DNA of 37,485 bases from an uncultured Candidatus Saccharibacteria bacterium (GTDB lineage Bacteria; Patescibacteriota; Minisyncoccia; Phycocordibacterales; UBA6065): assembly GCA_964596505.1 (NCBI GenBank), contig CAZQUF010000001.1, forward strand, positions 1-37,485, given 5' to 3'. Below the pieces are notes generated by a model, which saw only the letters and a list, made by a program, of their open reading frames with translations, had not been told where the DNA came from and ran no database searches. The translations under genes were made by a program, and so were the position numbers. Positions 7,212 through 16,698 of this stretch are shown here, in pieces. How positions within the stretch are numbered: position 1 is the stretch's first letter; the number at the start of each line of letters is the position of its first letter.

Positions 7212-8003
7212 ATGGAACAGCTTACGAAGCAGCAAATCGTCCTTCTCTGTCTCCTCGTATGCTTCGTCTCGTCGATCGCCACGGGGACGGTCATTATATC
7301 GCTCTCTGATCAGGCGACGCCGCAAGTCTCGCAGACGGTCAATCACGTCATCGAGCGCGTCGTCGAAAAGGCGACGTCGACCGGCACGCCCCAGGCGACC
7401 AAGGAGACGGTCATCGTCAAAGACGACCAGGCGGTTGTCGATGCGATAGCTGGGGTCTCGAAATCGGTGGTCCGCATCACGGGCGTGCCGATCGGGTCGG
7501 CAGTCGCGCGCTTCGTCGGTCTCGGCGTCATCGTCTCGTCATCGGGCAGAGCGGTCGCAGCTCTTGGCGGTAACGACCCGCGGAACATGACCCTTTCCGC
7601 GGAGCTCGCCGGCGGTAACATAGTGGCCATCTCGTATGTCTCGACCGATTCTGTGACGGGGCTATCGCTCTTTCAAGCCGACCAGTCAAGCGACCCACAG
7701 AACGCGCGGGCTTACACGGCGGCCACCCTCGGCGACTCGGACAGCCTCAAGCTCGGCCAGGCGGTCGTCGCTATCTCGGGGGAGACAGACCCTTCCGTCG
7801 GTACGGGCATCGTCTCCTCGCTCCTCCAAAAGACCGTGTCTTCGCCGGACAAAGGCGGCGTAGGGAAGATAGTCGCCGCCCTCGTGCCGACGAACGGCTT
7901 TGACAGCCAGTCCATACTTGCTAATCTCTTAGGCGAGGTCGTTGGTATCGGTTCCGGTTCCTTCATACCTTCTAACTTCATCAAAACATATGCCACCCCT
8001 TAA
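7212..8003 (+). CDS. Membrane-anchored trypsin-fold (HtrA/S1C-like) protein with degenerate catalytic motifs
   Basis: An N-terminal TM helix is followed by blocks resembling S1C proteases (SKSVVRITG; GLGVIVSSSG; LGDSDSLKLGQAVVAISGE; GTGIVSS; LLGEVVGIGSG). There is no His where TNxHV is expected, and NGFDSQS replaces GNSGGP. Confidence 0.55.
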   Translation: MEQLTKQQIVLLCLLVCFVSSIATGTVIISLSDQATPQVSQTVNHVIERVVEKATSTGTPQATKETVIVKDDQAVVDAIAGVSKSVVRITGVPIGSAVARFVGLGVIVSSSGRAVAALGGNDPRNMTLSAELAGGNIVAISYVSTDSVTGLSLFQADQSSDPQNARAYTAATLGDSDSLKLGQAVVAISGETDPSVGTGIVSSLLQKTVSSPDKGGVGKIVAALVPTNGFDSQSILANLLGEVVGIGSGSFIPSNFIKTYATP

Positions 8004-10716
8004 CCATTTCACAACGAAAGCAAAAGAGGCCATCCGCCGCGCGCACGAGCTCGCTATCGAGCGCGGCCAGAACCACGTCAATCCTTTGCATCTCCTTTCG
8101 TCGCTCATCCTCCAGGAAGAGAGTATGGTCATGTCTATACTCGAAAAGCTCGATGTGGACGTGCTTCTTTTGAGCGATTCTCTCGCCGAATCTCTCGAAG
8201 GAACCCAGCCGGGCGCCACGCTCTCGCAGTCATACCAGATATATCTCACGCCGGAGCTCGCTCAGGCATTGGAAAATTCCGCCAAGGTTGCCGCCTCGCT
8301 CAAGGACGAATTCATATCGACCGAGCATCTCTTCATCGCCTTGCTCGATATTCCCGGCCCCGCACAGGACATCCTTTCAAAATTTAAGATCACCCGCCCA
8401 AGCGTCGTCTCTGTCCTCGAAGAGCTCAAGAACAATAAGGGCTCGGAACCGACCGCGCCGAAAAAGGCTCGCGCTCTGGCGAAATACACGAAAAGTCTGA
8501 CGAAACTGGCGGCCGAGAACAAGCTCGATCCCGTCATCGGCCGCGACCAGGAGATCCAGCGCATCATCCAGATTTTGTCCCGCCGCACCAAGAACAATCC
8601 GATCCTCATCGGCGAAGCGGGCGTCGGCAAGACCGCTATCGTCGAAGGTCTCGCTCTGCGCATGGCCCAGGGCGACGTGCCCGAGTCTTTGAAGGATAAG
8701 GAGCTCGTTCTCCTCGACCTCGGCCTTCTCGTCGCCGGCACGAAATACCGCGGCGAATTCGAAGAGCGCCTCAAGAACATCATGAAAGAGATCGAGCGCG
8801 GCGACGGCAAGACCATCCTTTTCATCGACGAGATCCATACGATCGTCGGAGCGGGCGCCGCCGAAGGCTCGATGGACGCTTCGAACATGCTCAAGCCGGC
8901 TCTCGCGCGCGGCGAGCTCCGAGCTATCGGGGCGACGACTCTCAAGGAATATCAGAAATACATCGAGAAGGATCCTGCTCTTACGCGCCGCTTCCAGCCT
9001 GTCTATGTCGCCGAGCCGTCGATTGAAGACGCTATCGCTATCCTCCGCGGCCTCAAAGAGAAATATGAGCTCTATCACGGCGTGCGCATCACAGACGACG
9101 CCATCGTCGCGGCGGTCAATCTCTCGTCGCGCTACATCAGCGACCGCTTCTTGCCGGACAAGACCGTCGATCTCATCGACGAGGCCGCCTCGGCCCTGAA
9201 GATCGCTCTCGAATCGAAGCCGCCGCTCCTCGAAGAGACTCACCGCAAGATCATGCGCCTCGAGATCGAACGCGAGGCCCTGAAAAAAGACATCGAGTCG
9301 GCGAAGGACAATAAAGACGACGCCAAAGGTCCGAAGGCCCGCACGAAGGTCATAGAAAAGGAGATCGCCGATCTCAAAGAAGAGACTCAGGAACTCGAGC
9401 TCAAGTGGAAGAACGAGAAAGAGCTCCTCACGTCCATCAAGACCATCAAAAAGGACCTCGAACGGCTGCGCCTCGAAGCCGAGACAGCCGAATTCAAGGC
9501 CGAGCTCTCTAAGGCCGCCGAGATCCGCTACGGCAAGATCCCCGGCCTCGAAAAAGACCTCGACCTCAAGATGAAGAAGCTCAAGAAGCTGCAGTCTTCG
9601 CGCCGCATCCTCAAAGAAGAGATCACCGAGCAGGACATCGCCGACGTCGTTTCGAAATGGACCAATATTCCCGTGTCTCGCATGCTCGAAGAAGAGGCGC
9701 ACAAGCTCATGCGCATGGAAGAGGAGCTTACCAAGCGCATCGTCGGTCAGGCCGAAGCGGTGAAGAAGATCGCCGACACCATCCGTCGCGCCCGCGCCGG
9801 CATCGCCGACCCGAATCGTCCGATCGGATCGTTCCTTTTCCTCGGACCGACGGGCGTCGGTAAGACCGAGCTGACCAAAGCTCTCGCCGAATTCATGTTC
9901 AACGACGATAAAGCCTTGATCCGCGTCGATATGTCGGAATTCATGGAGAAGCATTCGACGTCCAAGCTCATCGGCGCGCCTCCGGGCTACGTCGGCTATG
10001 AAGAAGGTGGCTCTCTGACCGAGATGGTTCGCCATCGCCCATACTCCGTGATCCTTTTCGACGAGATCGAGAAAGCGCATCCGGAGGTCTTCAACATCCT
10101 TCTCCAGGTCCTCGACAACGGCCGCCTGACCGATACCAAGGGCCGCACGGTCAACTTCAAGAATACCGTCATCATCCTCACCTCGAACATCGGAGCGCAG
10201 TACATCGATCGTATGGAGAAGATCGGCTTCGCCGCCGATCCGAGCGAGAAAGGGAAGTACAACGACGTCAAATCGAAGGTCATGGACAGCCTCCGCGACT
10301 ATTTCAGGCCGGAATTTCTCAACCGCCTCGACTCGATCATTCTCTTCGACGTTCTCTCGCAGGACGCGATCAAGGAGATCGTCAAGATCCAGGTCGAGAT
10401 CATCGTCAAACGCCTCGCTGAGAAAGAGATCAGGCTCGACATCGCTCCGACCGTCCTCGACTATCTGGCAAAAGAGGGCTACAACCCTCAGTATGGCGCC
10501 CGTCCGTTGAAACGCCTTATCCAGGAGAAGATCCTCACGCCGGTCGCCGGATTCATGATCTCGCAGGGCGTAGGCCCAGGCGGCTCCATCGGCGTCGGCA
10601 TGAAAGAGGCCAAGGGCGCAGCGCCCGAGTTCACCTTCGACGTCAAGAAAGGCAAGAAGCCTATAGCTATCAAGGCATTCGGCGAGGAGCATGAAGAGGC
10701 GGAGAAGGTGGCGTAG
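7990..10716 (+). CDS. clpB: ATP-dependent chaperone ClpB
   Basis: ATG 7990 gives [22 protein letters not shown] (Clp N domain). There are two AAA+ modules ([15 protein letters not shown]; [15 protein letters not shown]) and a long coiled-coil middle domain. It overlaps the preceding ORF by 14 nt. Confidence 0.92.
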   Translation: MPPLNHFTTKAKEAIRRAHELAIERGQNHVNPLHLLSSLILQEESMVMSILEKLDVDVLLLSDSLAESLEGTQPGATLSQSYQIYLTPELAQALENSAKVAASLKDEFISTEHLFIALLDIPGPAQDILSKFKITRPSVVSVLEELKNNKGSEPTAPKKARALAKYTKSLTKLAAENKLDPVIGRDQEIQRIIQILSRRTKNNPILIGEAGVGKTAIVEGLALRMAQGDVPESLKDKELVLLDLGLLVAGTKYRGEFEERLKNIMKEIERGDGKTILFIDEIHTIVGAGAAEGSMDASNMLKPALARGELRAIGATTLKEYQKYIEKDPALTRRFQPVYVAEPSIEDAIAILRGLKEKYELYHGVRITDDAIVAAVNLSSRYISDRFLPDKTVDLIDEAASALKIALESKPPLLEETHRKIMRLEIEREALKKDIESAKDNKDDAKGPKARTKVIEKEIADLKEETQELELKWKNEKELLTSIKTIKKDLERLRLEAETAEFKAELSKAAEIRYGKIPGLEKDLDLKMKKLKKLQSSRRILKEEITEQDIADVVSKWTNIPVSRMLEEEAHKLMRMEEELTKRIVGQAEAVKKIADTIRRARAGIADPNRPIGSFLFLGPTGVGKTELTKALAEFMFNDDKALIRVDMSEFMEKHSTSKLIGAPPGYVGYEEGGSLTEMVRHRPYSVILFDEIEKAHPEVFNILLQVLDNGRLTDTKGRTVNFKNTVIILTSNIGAQYIDRMEKIGFAADPSEKGKYNDVKSKVMDSLRDYFRPEFLNRLDSIILFDVLSQDAIKEIVKIQVEIIVKRLAEKEIRLDIAPTVLDYLAKEGYNPQYGARPLKRLIQEKILTPVAGFMISQGVGPGGSIGVGMKEAKGAAPEFTFDVKKGKKPIAIKAFGEEHEEAEKVA

Positions 10717-10770
10717 AGAAACGAGACAAAACTGATTAACTTTTAATCACTTTTACACGGGCTGCGAGAT

Positions 10771-10816
10771 GCAGGTTGCTCAATCCTACGGTAAGTAGAG
10801 CGTATAACCTGCTTTT
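10771..10816 (+). terminator. Possible clpB terminator (stem GCAGGTT/AACCTGC with large interior, then TTTT)
   Basis: Inverted repeat read directly. The loop is large, so confidence is modest. Confidence 0.35.
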
Positions 10817-10842
10817 GCCTTGCCGTAAAAGTGTGGTAGATT
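10815..10842 (+). promoter_or_regulatory. Putative tRNA-Tyr promoter (-35 TTGCCT, 16 nt, -10 TAGATT)
   Basis: The hexamers lie about 30 nt upstream of the tRNA 5' end. A small leader hairpin, CTGCGG-AAATA-CCGCAG, is at 10848-10864. Confidence 0.35.
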
Positions 10843-10870
10843 GCTATCTGCGGAAATACCGCAGGAATAC

Positions 10871-10953
10871 GCGCCGATCGGATAGCGGCTATTCCAGGAG
10901 ACTGTAAATCTCCCGCCCAATGGGCATCGGGGGTTCGAGTCCCTCTCGGCGCA
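10871..10953 (+). tRNA. tRNA-Tyr (anticodon GTA), type II
   Basis: Manual fold, 83 nt: acceptor GCGCCGA/TCGGCGC, anticodon arm GGAGA-CTGTAAA-TCTCC, 15-nt variable arm with GCCC/GGGC stem, T-arm GGGGG-TTCGAGT-CCCTC. Trailer CAG. Confidence 0.85.
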
Positions 10954-10961
10954 CAGAAAAC

Positions 10962-10983
10962 AAAACCGGCTTCGGCCGGTTTT
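10962..10983 (+). terminator. Rho-independent terminator after tRNA-Tyr
   Basis: AAAACCGGC-TTCG-GCCGGTTTT: perfect stem, tetraloop and T-run. Confidence 0.7.
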
Positions 10984-11001
10984 GTGATACTATAGCTTTC
11001 T

Positions 11002-12174
11002 ATGAAAAGGATGCTGCGCACATGGATCGAGGTCGATTATAAGGCGATAGAGAAGAACGCGCGGACGCTCAAGGCTCTCCTCGCCGACGAGGTCGCTATG
11101 ATGGCCGTCGTCAAATCGAATGCGTACGGCCACGGCATGGTCGAGAGCGCTCGCGCGTGCCTCCGCGGCGGCGCGACATGGCTTGGCGTCGACGAAGTCA
11201 CGGAAGCATTCGAGCTCCGTGCCAAGGGCGTCAAAGCGCCAATCCTCGTCCTCGGCTACACGCTTCCTGAACTCTACAAAGAGGCCGCGAAAAAAAAGAT
11301 CTCGCTCACGATCTCTTCTCTCGACTCGCTTCGCGCTCTCGCTAAGACGAGGCTCTCTCCAAAGCTTCGCATCCATCTCAAATTCGATACCGGCCTCCAT
11401 CGGCAGGGCATTCTCGAGACCCATGTTCAGCAGATGGTCCGCATCATATCGGCCAAAGGCTTTCCGGCGATCATCGAGGGCGCCTATACCCACTTTGCTG
11501 TCATGGAAGACCCGATGATGCAGGAATATTCCAAGATGCAGGCGCGCGCTTTCCGCGCCATGGTGGCGAAGCTCAATCAAAAAGGCTTCGCTCCCATCAC
11601 GCATGCCTCAGCGAGCTCAGGCATTCTTTTTTCTAAAGATTTCCATTTCGATATGTCGCGGGCTGGTATCGCGCTCTACGGCCTCTGGCCTTCGCCCGAG
11701 ATCAGGAAATGGGCGACGAGCGTCGGCGATACTTCCGTCGCTCCGAAACTCGTTCCCGCGCTCTCGTGGAAGACGATCGTCACGGAGGTAAAGCTCGTGA
11801 ACAGGGGAGTGAGGGTCGGATATGACCTCACCTACGAGACGAATCGCCCTTCGCGTCTCGCTATCATCCCTCTCGGCTACTGGCATGGGCTTCCGCGGAG
11901 CCTTTCGGGCACGAACGCAAAACCAGGCCTCCAGGTTCTCGTCTGCGGCCATCGCGCGAGCGTCGTCGGCCGCATATCCATGGATATGGCGGCTATCGAC
12001 GTGACCGACATACCGTCCATAAAGCAGGGCGACGAGGTCGTCGTCATCGGCTCGCAGATCGCGGGAGGCAAGACCGAGACCATAACGGCCGAAGAGGTGG
12101 CCGAGAGGGCCGGGACGATCAATTACGAGATCGTTACGCGCATAAACCCTCTTATCCCGCGGATTTCGGCCTAA
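11002..12174 (+). CDS. alr: Alanine racemase
   Basis: The 390-aa ORF has the PLP-lysine motif AVVKSNAYGHG near the N-terminus and an alr-like C-terminal beta domain (...GYWHGLPR...SMDM...). Confidence 0.9.
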   Translation: MKRMLRTWIEVDYKAIEKNARTLKALLADEVAMMAVVKSNAYGHGMVESARACLRGGATWLGVDEVTEAFELRAKGVKAPILVLGYTLPELYKEAAKKKISLTISSLDSLRALAKTRLSPKLRIHLKFDTGLHRQGILETHVQQMVRIISAKGFPAIIEGAYTHFAVMEDPMMQEYSKMQARAFRAMVAKLNQKGFAPITHASASSGILFSKDFHFDMSRAGIALYGLWPSPEIRKWATSVGDTSVAPKLVPALSWKTIVTEVKLVNRGVRVGYDLTYETNRPSRLAIIPLGYWHGLPRSLSGTNAKPGLQVLVCGHRASVVGRISMDMAAIDVTDIPSIKQGDEVVVIGSQIAGGKTETITAEEVAERAGTINYEIVTRINPLIPRISA

Positions 12175-12251
12175 TCACGCCTAATCCGGCTTAGATTTGC
12201 CCTTTTTTGGGGCCTATGATACTATCCTTCGTACAACGTTATTCAATCCCT

Positions 12252-12407
12252 ATGTCCCAAGACCAACTCATCATTCTGCGCAATAAAGAGACCGGCGAGA
12301 CGATCTATACCCGCAAGAACAAGCGCAAGGTAGAGCGCAAGATCGAGCTCAAGAAATACTCGAAGAAGCTCCGAAAGCGCATCACGTTCAAGGAGAGCAA
12401 GAAATAA
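12252..12407 (+). CDS. rpmG: 50S ribosomal protein L33 (Cys-less form)
   Basis: ATG 12252 gives MSQDQLIILRNKETGETIYTRKNKRKVERKIELKKYSKKLRKRITFKESKK, which is an L33 pattern (TxKNKRN..ekLELkKYcp..rkht.hkE.K) without the CxxC zinc ligands. Confidence 0.8.
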   Translation: MSQDQLIILRNKETGETIYTRKNKRKVERKIELKKYSKKLRKRITFKESKK

Positions 12408-12410
12408 AGA

Positions 12411-12432
12411 AAAGCCGCCCTCGGGCGGCTTT
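12411..12432. terminator. Bidirectional terminator between rpmG and the convergent peptidase gene
   Basis: AAAGCCGCC-CTCG-GGCGGCTTT. A/T runs on both sides give a U-tract on either strand. Confidence 0.6.
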
Positions 12433-12451
12433 CTGTAGTGTTCATCATCCC

Positions 12452-13648
12452 TCAGAATTTGTATGCGATCGGCGAGCCTAATCCAGTCACATAGTCGTAA
12501 TGCGCGCGAGCGGTGCAGTAGTAGCCGCAGTCGCCGTTCGAGCCGCTCGTGATGTCGCGGAAGAAGAGCGCGTGGTTCGCGGAGGCTTTGTCTTGGTAGA
12601 GCTTCGTGAGGAAACTCGCGGTCGAGCTCCCCGCGCTCGGTCCGCCGAGCGATTTAATAGCTGCCCACTGTGGCGTGCCGGCGCTCGTGCCGCCCACGAC
12701 GAACCAACCCTTCTGGGATTTTGCCGAGACCGGCTGATGATAGACAGAGTAGCCGGATTTTGGATCGGCGTCGAACGAGACGTCGGGAATAGCTCGCATA
12801 CCCTTGGCCCGAGCGATGCTGTACGACACCTGGAAGCCCGGCTCGCTTTCGTATGCGCTTATGCCTCCGCCGCTCCCAGCCCAGGCTTTTTCAGAACCGA
12901 AAGTCCCGTCTTTGTCGAAGGCGAGGGTCGTGCCGCCGACGGCGATGACCTTAGGCGAGGCAGCGGGCCAGCTCGCTCCGGTCCCGTCGTCTCCCGATGC
13001 GGCGAAGAATGCGATGCCGGTGTCGCTCGATGTCGCTACGGTGAAGTGCGAATCGCTCTTCGTCTCGTCTTTGAATTCTGTTCCGCCCCAGCTCATAGAT
13101 ACAGAGACGACGTCAGGACGGCTGCGGGCATAATCGACGGCCTTAAGAAGCGCTGGTCCAGAATCGGATGCCGCTTCTACGACCAAGATCTTTGCCTTGG
13201 GAGCTATGGCATGGGCCCATTCGCTATCGAGCGCAGTCTCGAGCGACCATCCAGAGACTTCTTTCGTCCCCGCGGTCATAAGATGCTTTTCAAGGCAGCC
13301 GTTCGCTACGGTACAGGCCGGTAGATTGAACTTCGCGTCGAATGCAGCGAGGTCAGACTCGAGCTCTTTGTCGTCGTATGCCTCTATGAGAGCGACGGTC
13401 CCTGAGCCGCCGCTTTTCGGCAGACGGTAGGCGGTCTTTATCTGGTCAGGCGAAAGGCCCTTCGGCGTCGTCGCAGCGCTTCCGAGGACGTGGATAGGGG
13501 ACTTGGCGGTAAAGCCGTCGATACTGACGTTCTTAAGCGTCGCTGCGGACGCGACGGCGGGCGACGGTAAGAGCGAGAGGGTGATAACGAGATCGGTCAG
13601 GACGAATACGAACGTTTTTTGCGAGAGAATATCTTTGATGTGTTGCAT
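12452..13648 (-). CDS. Secreted S8/S53 (sedolisin/kumamolisin-like) serine peptidase
   Basis: It has an N-terminal signal-like hydrophobic segment. It also has PDQIKTAYRL, TVALIEAYD and DLAAFDAKFNLP blocks and the catalytic-serine context VGGTSAGTPQWAA, typical of the S53 family. Confidence 0.7.
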   Translation of the reverse strand: MQHIKDILSQKTFVFVLTDLVITLSLLPSPAVASAATLKNVSIDGFTAKSPIHVLGSAATTPKGLSPDQIKTAYRLPKSGGSGTVALIEAYDDKELESDLAAFDAKFNLPACTVANGCLEKHLMTAGTKEVSGWSLETALDSEWAHAIAPKAKILVVEAASDSGPALLKAVDYARSRPDVVSVSMSWGGTEFKDETKSDSHFTVATSSDTGIAFFAASGDDGTGASWPAASPKVIAVGGTTLAFDKDGTFGSEKAWAGSGGGISAYESEPGFQVSYSIARAKGMRAIPDVSFDADPKSGYSVYHQPVSAKSQKGWFVVGGTSAGTPQWAAIKSLGGPSAGSSTASFLTKLYQDKASANHALFFRDITSGSNGDCGYYCTARAHYDYVTGLGSPIAYKF

Positions 13649-13803
13649 GGCTTTTTTGGCTAGCGGATAATGCCGCCATGCTACTAAATCGAGATTAATT
13701 TTCGCTGAAGATGGAAAAGTTCGGGAACAATATCTAGAAGGACGTCAAATCAGAGCAGTGGACATGCGAACGCTCTTGGGGTAGCATCCCTCTCAGACGC
13801 ACT

Positions 13804-14322
13804 ATGAAAAGCCAATCATTTGTTAGAGAGATATTCGGGGACGCCGAGGCGGTAAAGCGCCTCTATATCAGGGAATTCAAAGAAACCCTCGCCAGGCTCG
13901 GGATGTTCCCCGAGGAATTCGATGCTCGATTGAGAGCGGTCGATCCGCGGGCGGCTGAGTGGCCGACCGTTCGTGAGATGCTCGCCGATCCGAATCTTTT
14001 TACTCCCGAGTACAACCAGCTCGTCGGCCTCGCTTCTCTCGATGATCGAACCGACACGCTCTTTCAGCTCACGGGGACATTCGTCGACGCGAAGCTTCGC
14101 GAGTATCTTTCCGACCCGCAGAAGGTCGATGTATTGCTCTCAGACTTTCAGTCGAAAGCGCGGATCGTCCACATCTCCGTCGAGAATCCCGTGGTTGAGA
14201 TCGAAAAAGCGCTCGTCGGCGAGCCTCTCCGCCCCGGCAGTCCCAATCATATCTCCCGGGAAGAGTGGGCGCTCATCCATCTCTCGAGCCTCATTCTGGA
14301 AGAAGTCGGGAGAGCGGCCTGA
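13804..14322 (+). CDS. Hypothetical protein (172 aa)
   Basis: The ORF has balanced amino-acid composition and is followed by a strong terminator. No motif recognised. Confidence 0.5.
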   Translation: MKSQSFVREIFGDAEAVKRLYIREFKETLARLGMFPEEFDARLRAVDPRAAEWPTVREMLADPNLFTPEYNQLVGLASLDDRTDTLFQLTGTFVDAKLREYLSDPQKVDVLLSDFQSKARIVHISVENPVVEIEKALVGEPLRPGSPNHISREEWALIHLSSLILEEVGRAA

Positions 14323-14340
14323 GTCTGCGGTCGCGTTTCT

Positions 14341-14378
14341 ATACCTTGTCTTTGACAGGGTATTTTCTTTTCTCTTTT
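14341..14378 (+). terminator. Rho-independent terminator
   Basis: A 10-bp stem, ATACCTTGTC-TTT-GACAGGGTAT (one G.U), is followed by TTTTCTTTTCTCTTTT. Confidence 0.6.
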
Positions 14379-14384
14379 GTCCAT

Positions 14385-14804
14385 TTAATAGATTTTTCCT
14401 CCGATGTCTAAAAGCTGGTCTTTTTTCGAGTATATAAATTTGCTGGCGACCTGGGTTATTATGCCCTCTCTGTTTGATCCTATGATCGAGTCGATAGCCT
14501 CTTTTTTGCCGTAATCGTCGCCTATCAATGGAACGGCATATTCCGCTATCGTGCGCCGGGTCACATCCATGAGCCTTGCGCCGAAATCGGCTCCCGCTCC
14601 GCCGACGAGTTTCGCAAGCATAACCTCGTCCGTCTCGTGTTGATCTCCGATCACCCTGCATAGCGCTTCGATCTGGATCGATGCATAGTCAAAGGGCACG
14701 TTTAGCATCGCCTCGATTCTCTCCTGTATGGGCAGGATATTCTCTGGATGTCGCTCGGGGTCAACCATGGAATTAATGGTATCACTAAACCTCTCGAGTC
14801 GCAT
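14385..14804 (-). CDS. Hypothetical protein (139 aa), last gene of the GNAT/phosphatase operon
   Basis: The internal ATG at 14804 (MRLERFSD...) lies 1 nt after the upstream GNAT stop (14806). No motif recognised. Confidence 0.5.
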   Translation of the reverse strand: MRLERFSDTINSMVDPERHPENILPIQERIEAMLNVPFDYASIQIEALCRVIGDQHETDEVMLAKLVGGAGADFGARLMDVTRRTIAEYAVPLIGDDYGKKEAIDSIIGSNREGIITQVASKFIYSKKDQLLDIGGKIY

Positions 14805-14805
14805 T

Positions 14806-15297
14806 TTATCGGAGCTTCTTAAAAAGGGTGAGCTCTTGCGTCTCGTAGCCAGACTTTTCATATGCCGCAATCGCTGCCTCGTTCTTTGCGAGCACGTTCA
14901 ATTTAATGACCTTGATCTCAGGGAACTGTTTGAAATGGCCTTCTGCGGCATCGCTCAGCTTCTTGAATATCCCGCGCTTTCTATATTCGGGATGCGTCCA
15001 TGCGTCCGAAATATAGCCGAAGACATTGATATCCTCAGTCGTCGTGATGCTGTCATCGTGCTCGATGCGGCATGCGATGAAGCCGACGACTTTGTCGCCG
15101 ATCTTCGCTACGAGAAGGGCGCCCGAATTCTCAGCGTTGAGCTTGAGCATGTGATCGAGGCACTTCTCTCCGATCTCCTCGCCGGGAAGGCAGAATTCAG
15201 AGACGGCGCGCTCGGTTTCCTGCAGGTCGATATTGCCGGCGATGACGGCCTGTCTGTCTTCGGGAGCGTAGGGCGAGATCGATATGTCGTCTTTCAT
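14806..15297 (-). CDS. GNAT-family N-acetyltransferase
   Basis: The 163-aa ORF has beta4-alpha3 acetyl-CoA motif context: VVGFIACRIE...YISDAWTHPEYRKRGIFKKL. Confidence 0.8.
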   Translation of the reverse strand: MKDDISISPYAPEDRQAVIAGNIDLQETERAVSEFCLPGEEIGEKCLDHMLKLNAENSGALLVAKIGDKVVGFIACRIEHDDSITTTEDINVFGYISDAWTHPEYRKRGIFKKLSDAAEGHFKQFPEIKVIKLNVLAKNEAAIAAYEKSGYETQELTLFKKLR

Positions 15298-15323
15298 GAA
15301 GATTATAGTAGCACGCGCCGATG

Positions 15324-15941
15324 TTAGTGATTAAACTGCTCTTGCTTGTAAAAATGGGCGTCTTCCGGCTTGCACATCTCGGAAAGGAGAATGACTTCTG
15401 AATTGCCGAAATGGAAGTTCTTGAGCGCTTCGAGCCACTCGATACCATAGAAAGCCGCATATATCATCTTGCCGATGTCGCCGTGGCAGACGAAGAGGAT
15501 GTTGCCGTTCGCATGCTTTGTCCTGATATCGGCGAGAAGCCGCTTTCCACGCAGGATGAGTTCGGGGAACGTCTCTGCGCCGGGGCACGTGATGAAATAG
15601 GTTATCACTTGGGTCTTGAGTATGTTCGGCGCGCAAAGCTTCTCTATATCGGCGATCTTCTCGCCGGTCATGACGCCGAAGTTTCGCTCTATCAGGTCGG
15701 GATGCTTTTCCGGCGTGGCCAGTCCGAGATTATCTGCTATGATCTCCGCAGTGACATACGCGCGCGAAAGGGGAGAAGTGTAGACCTTGTCGAATGTGAG
15801 TCCGAGATTCCTTAAGTGAATTGCAAGATTCTTGGCCTGCGCGATGCCGAGAGGTGTGAGCGACAAATCGCGATGACCGTTCAATATGCCGTTCGCATTA
15901 TCTTCGTTCTGTCCGTGGCGGACGATGTAGATGGTAAGCAT
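15324..15941 (-). CDS. Histidine phosphatase family protein (phosphoglycerate-mutase-like)
   Basis: The N-terminal catalytic motif is IYIVRHGQNEDN (RHG). SPLSRA is present, and the C-terminal second His context is LFVCHGD. Confidence 0.85.
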   Translation of the reverse strand: MLTIYIVRHGQNEDNANGILNGHRDLSLTPLGIAQAKNLAIHLRNLGLTFDKVYTSPLSRAYVTAEIIADNLGLATPEKHPDLIERNFGVMTGEKIADIEKLCAPNILKTQVITYFITCPGAETFPELILRGKRLLADIRTKHANGNILFVCHGDIGKMIYAAFYGIEWLEALKNFHFGNSEVILLSEMCKPEDAHFYKQEQFNH

Positions 15942-15950
15942 GGTAGGTGA

Positions 15951-16397
15951 TTATTTCTTCTCGAGGGAAAGCGACATAAGGAAGTCTGTCGGCCTAGAGA
16001 AGGACGTGAGCTTCTTGAATCCGAAATGTTTAGCGTAGTAGCGCGCGTCCTTCGCCGCGACGGTGAGCTCGATGAGAGCGGCTTCGTCGTTTTTTCGGAT
16101 AGCGCGTATGATCGTTTTAACCAACTTTGTGCCTATGCCACTCCCTTGATATTCCGGTGCGACATTCACCCAAAATATCTGGTAGACGCAATAGTCCATC
16201 CATGACTGCATATAGCCGGCGAAACCGACGACTCGGGCTTTTTCCTCGGCTACGTAATACGTGGGCTTGATGGCCGCATCGCTCCACATGCTTCGTAGCT
16301 CGCGGGCAGAGCTCGCCTCATCTGTTTTCGAGTAGTTTCTTCCGGCGATTGCTGCCGCAGCGCAGATGTCTTTCTTTTGGAGGGGGCGGATTTTCAT
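15951..16397 (-). CDS. GNAT-family N-acetyltransferase
   Basis: The 148-aa ORF has VVGFAGY...FWVNVAPEYQGSGIGTKLVK (the Q/R-x-x-G-x-G/A motif). Confidence 0.8.
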   Translation of the reverse strand: MKIRPLQKKDICAAAAIAGRNYSKTDEASSARELRSMWSDAAIKPTYYVAEEKARVVGFAGYMQSWMDYCVYQIFWVNVAPEYQGSGIGTKLVKTIIRAIRKNDEAALIELTVAAKDARYYAKHFGFKKLTSFSRPTDFLMSLSLEKK

Positions 16398-16487
16398 CGT
16401 TATGCGTTCGATAGATACCTTGCCAAAAACTCGTCTTTGGGAATATAGCCTCTTTCGATCGCTCCATCTACATCCACTTGGCCAATT

Positions 16488-16512
16488 AAAAAAGACCAGC
16501 TTAGGTCTTTTT
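16488..16512 (-). terminator. Terminator downstream of tRNA-Trp copy 1 (symmetrical, could act on both strands)
   Basis: AAAAAAGACC-AGCTTA-GGTCTTTTT. Confidence 0.6.
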
Positions 16513-16519
16513 AACTTGG

Positions 16520-16614
16520 TGCGGGCGATGAGGGAATCGAACCCCCGACAAGGCGTTTGGAGTGCCTCGTTATGCCACTTAACTAATCGCCCGTATTTCG
16601 AATCGCCTTGATTT
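16520..16614. repeat. Direct repeat copy A (95 bp, identical to 17699-17793): whole tRNA-Trp plus 22 bp of its 5' flank
   Basis: Base-by-base comparison shows perfect identity at offset 1179. Imperfect similarity continues for about 40 more bp (to about 16650 / 17828), covering TATAAA and TTCCAA promoter-like hexamers. Confidence 0.9.
16522..16592 (-). tRNA. tRNA-Trp (anticodon CCA), copy 1
   Basis: Manual fold, 71 nt: acceptor GGGCGAT/ATCGCCC, D-arm GTTA-AGTGGCA-TAAC, anticodon loop CTCCAAA, T-arm GGGGG-TTCGATT-CCCTC, discriminator G. Trailer CAC. Confidence 0.85.
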
Positions 16615-16658
16615 TATATCATAAAAAGAGGGGAATTGGAATTTCCTCGTGTACAGAT

Positions 16659-16687
16659 AAAAAAGCCCCGTCCCTTCGGACGAGGCT
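16659..16687 (-). terminator. Terminator of the beta-helix-repeat gene
   Basis: On the minus strand, GCCTCGTCC-GAAG-GGACGGGGC is followed by TTTTTTATC, 12 nt after the stop codon. Confidence 0.5.
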
Positions 16688-16698
16688 CGCTCAAACTC

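Noticed and set aside
8377-10692. 771-aa ORF on the minus strand, antisense to clpB
   Set aside because: The plus strand encodes an unmistakable ClpB. The antisense translation is Asp/Glu/Leu/Arg/Gly-rich with no motifs, which is typical of a shadow ORF in GC-rich DNA with biased third positions.
10743-11021. 92-aa ORF on the minus strand across 10743..11021. Also ORFs 16366..16611, 16614..16811 and 17673..17894, and the N-terminal 57 codons of 27468..28712.
   Set aside because: They run through tRNA genes (Tyr, Trp x2, Leu-CAA), terminators or promoters. The tRNA folds are complete, so these are not coding.
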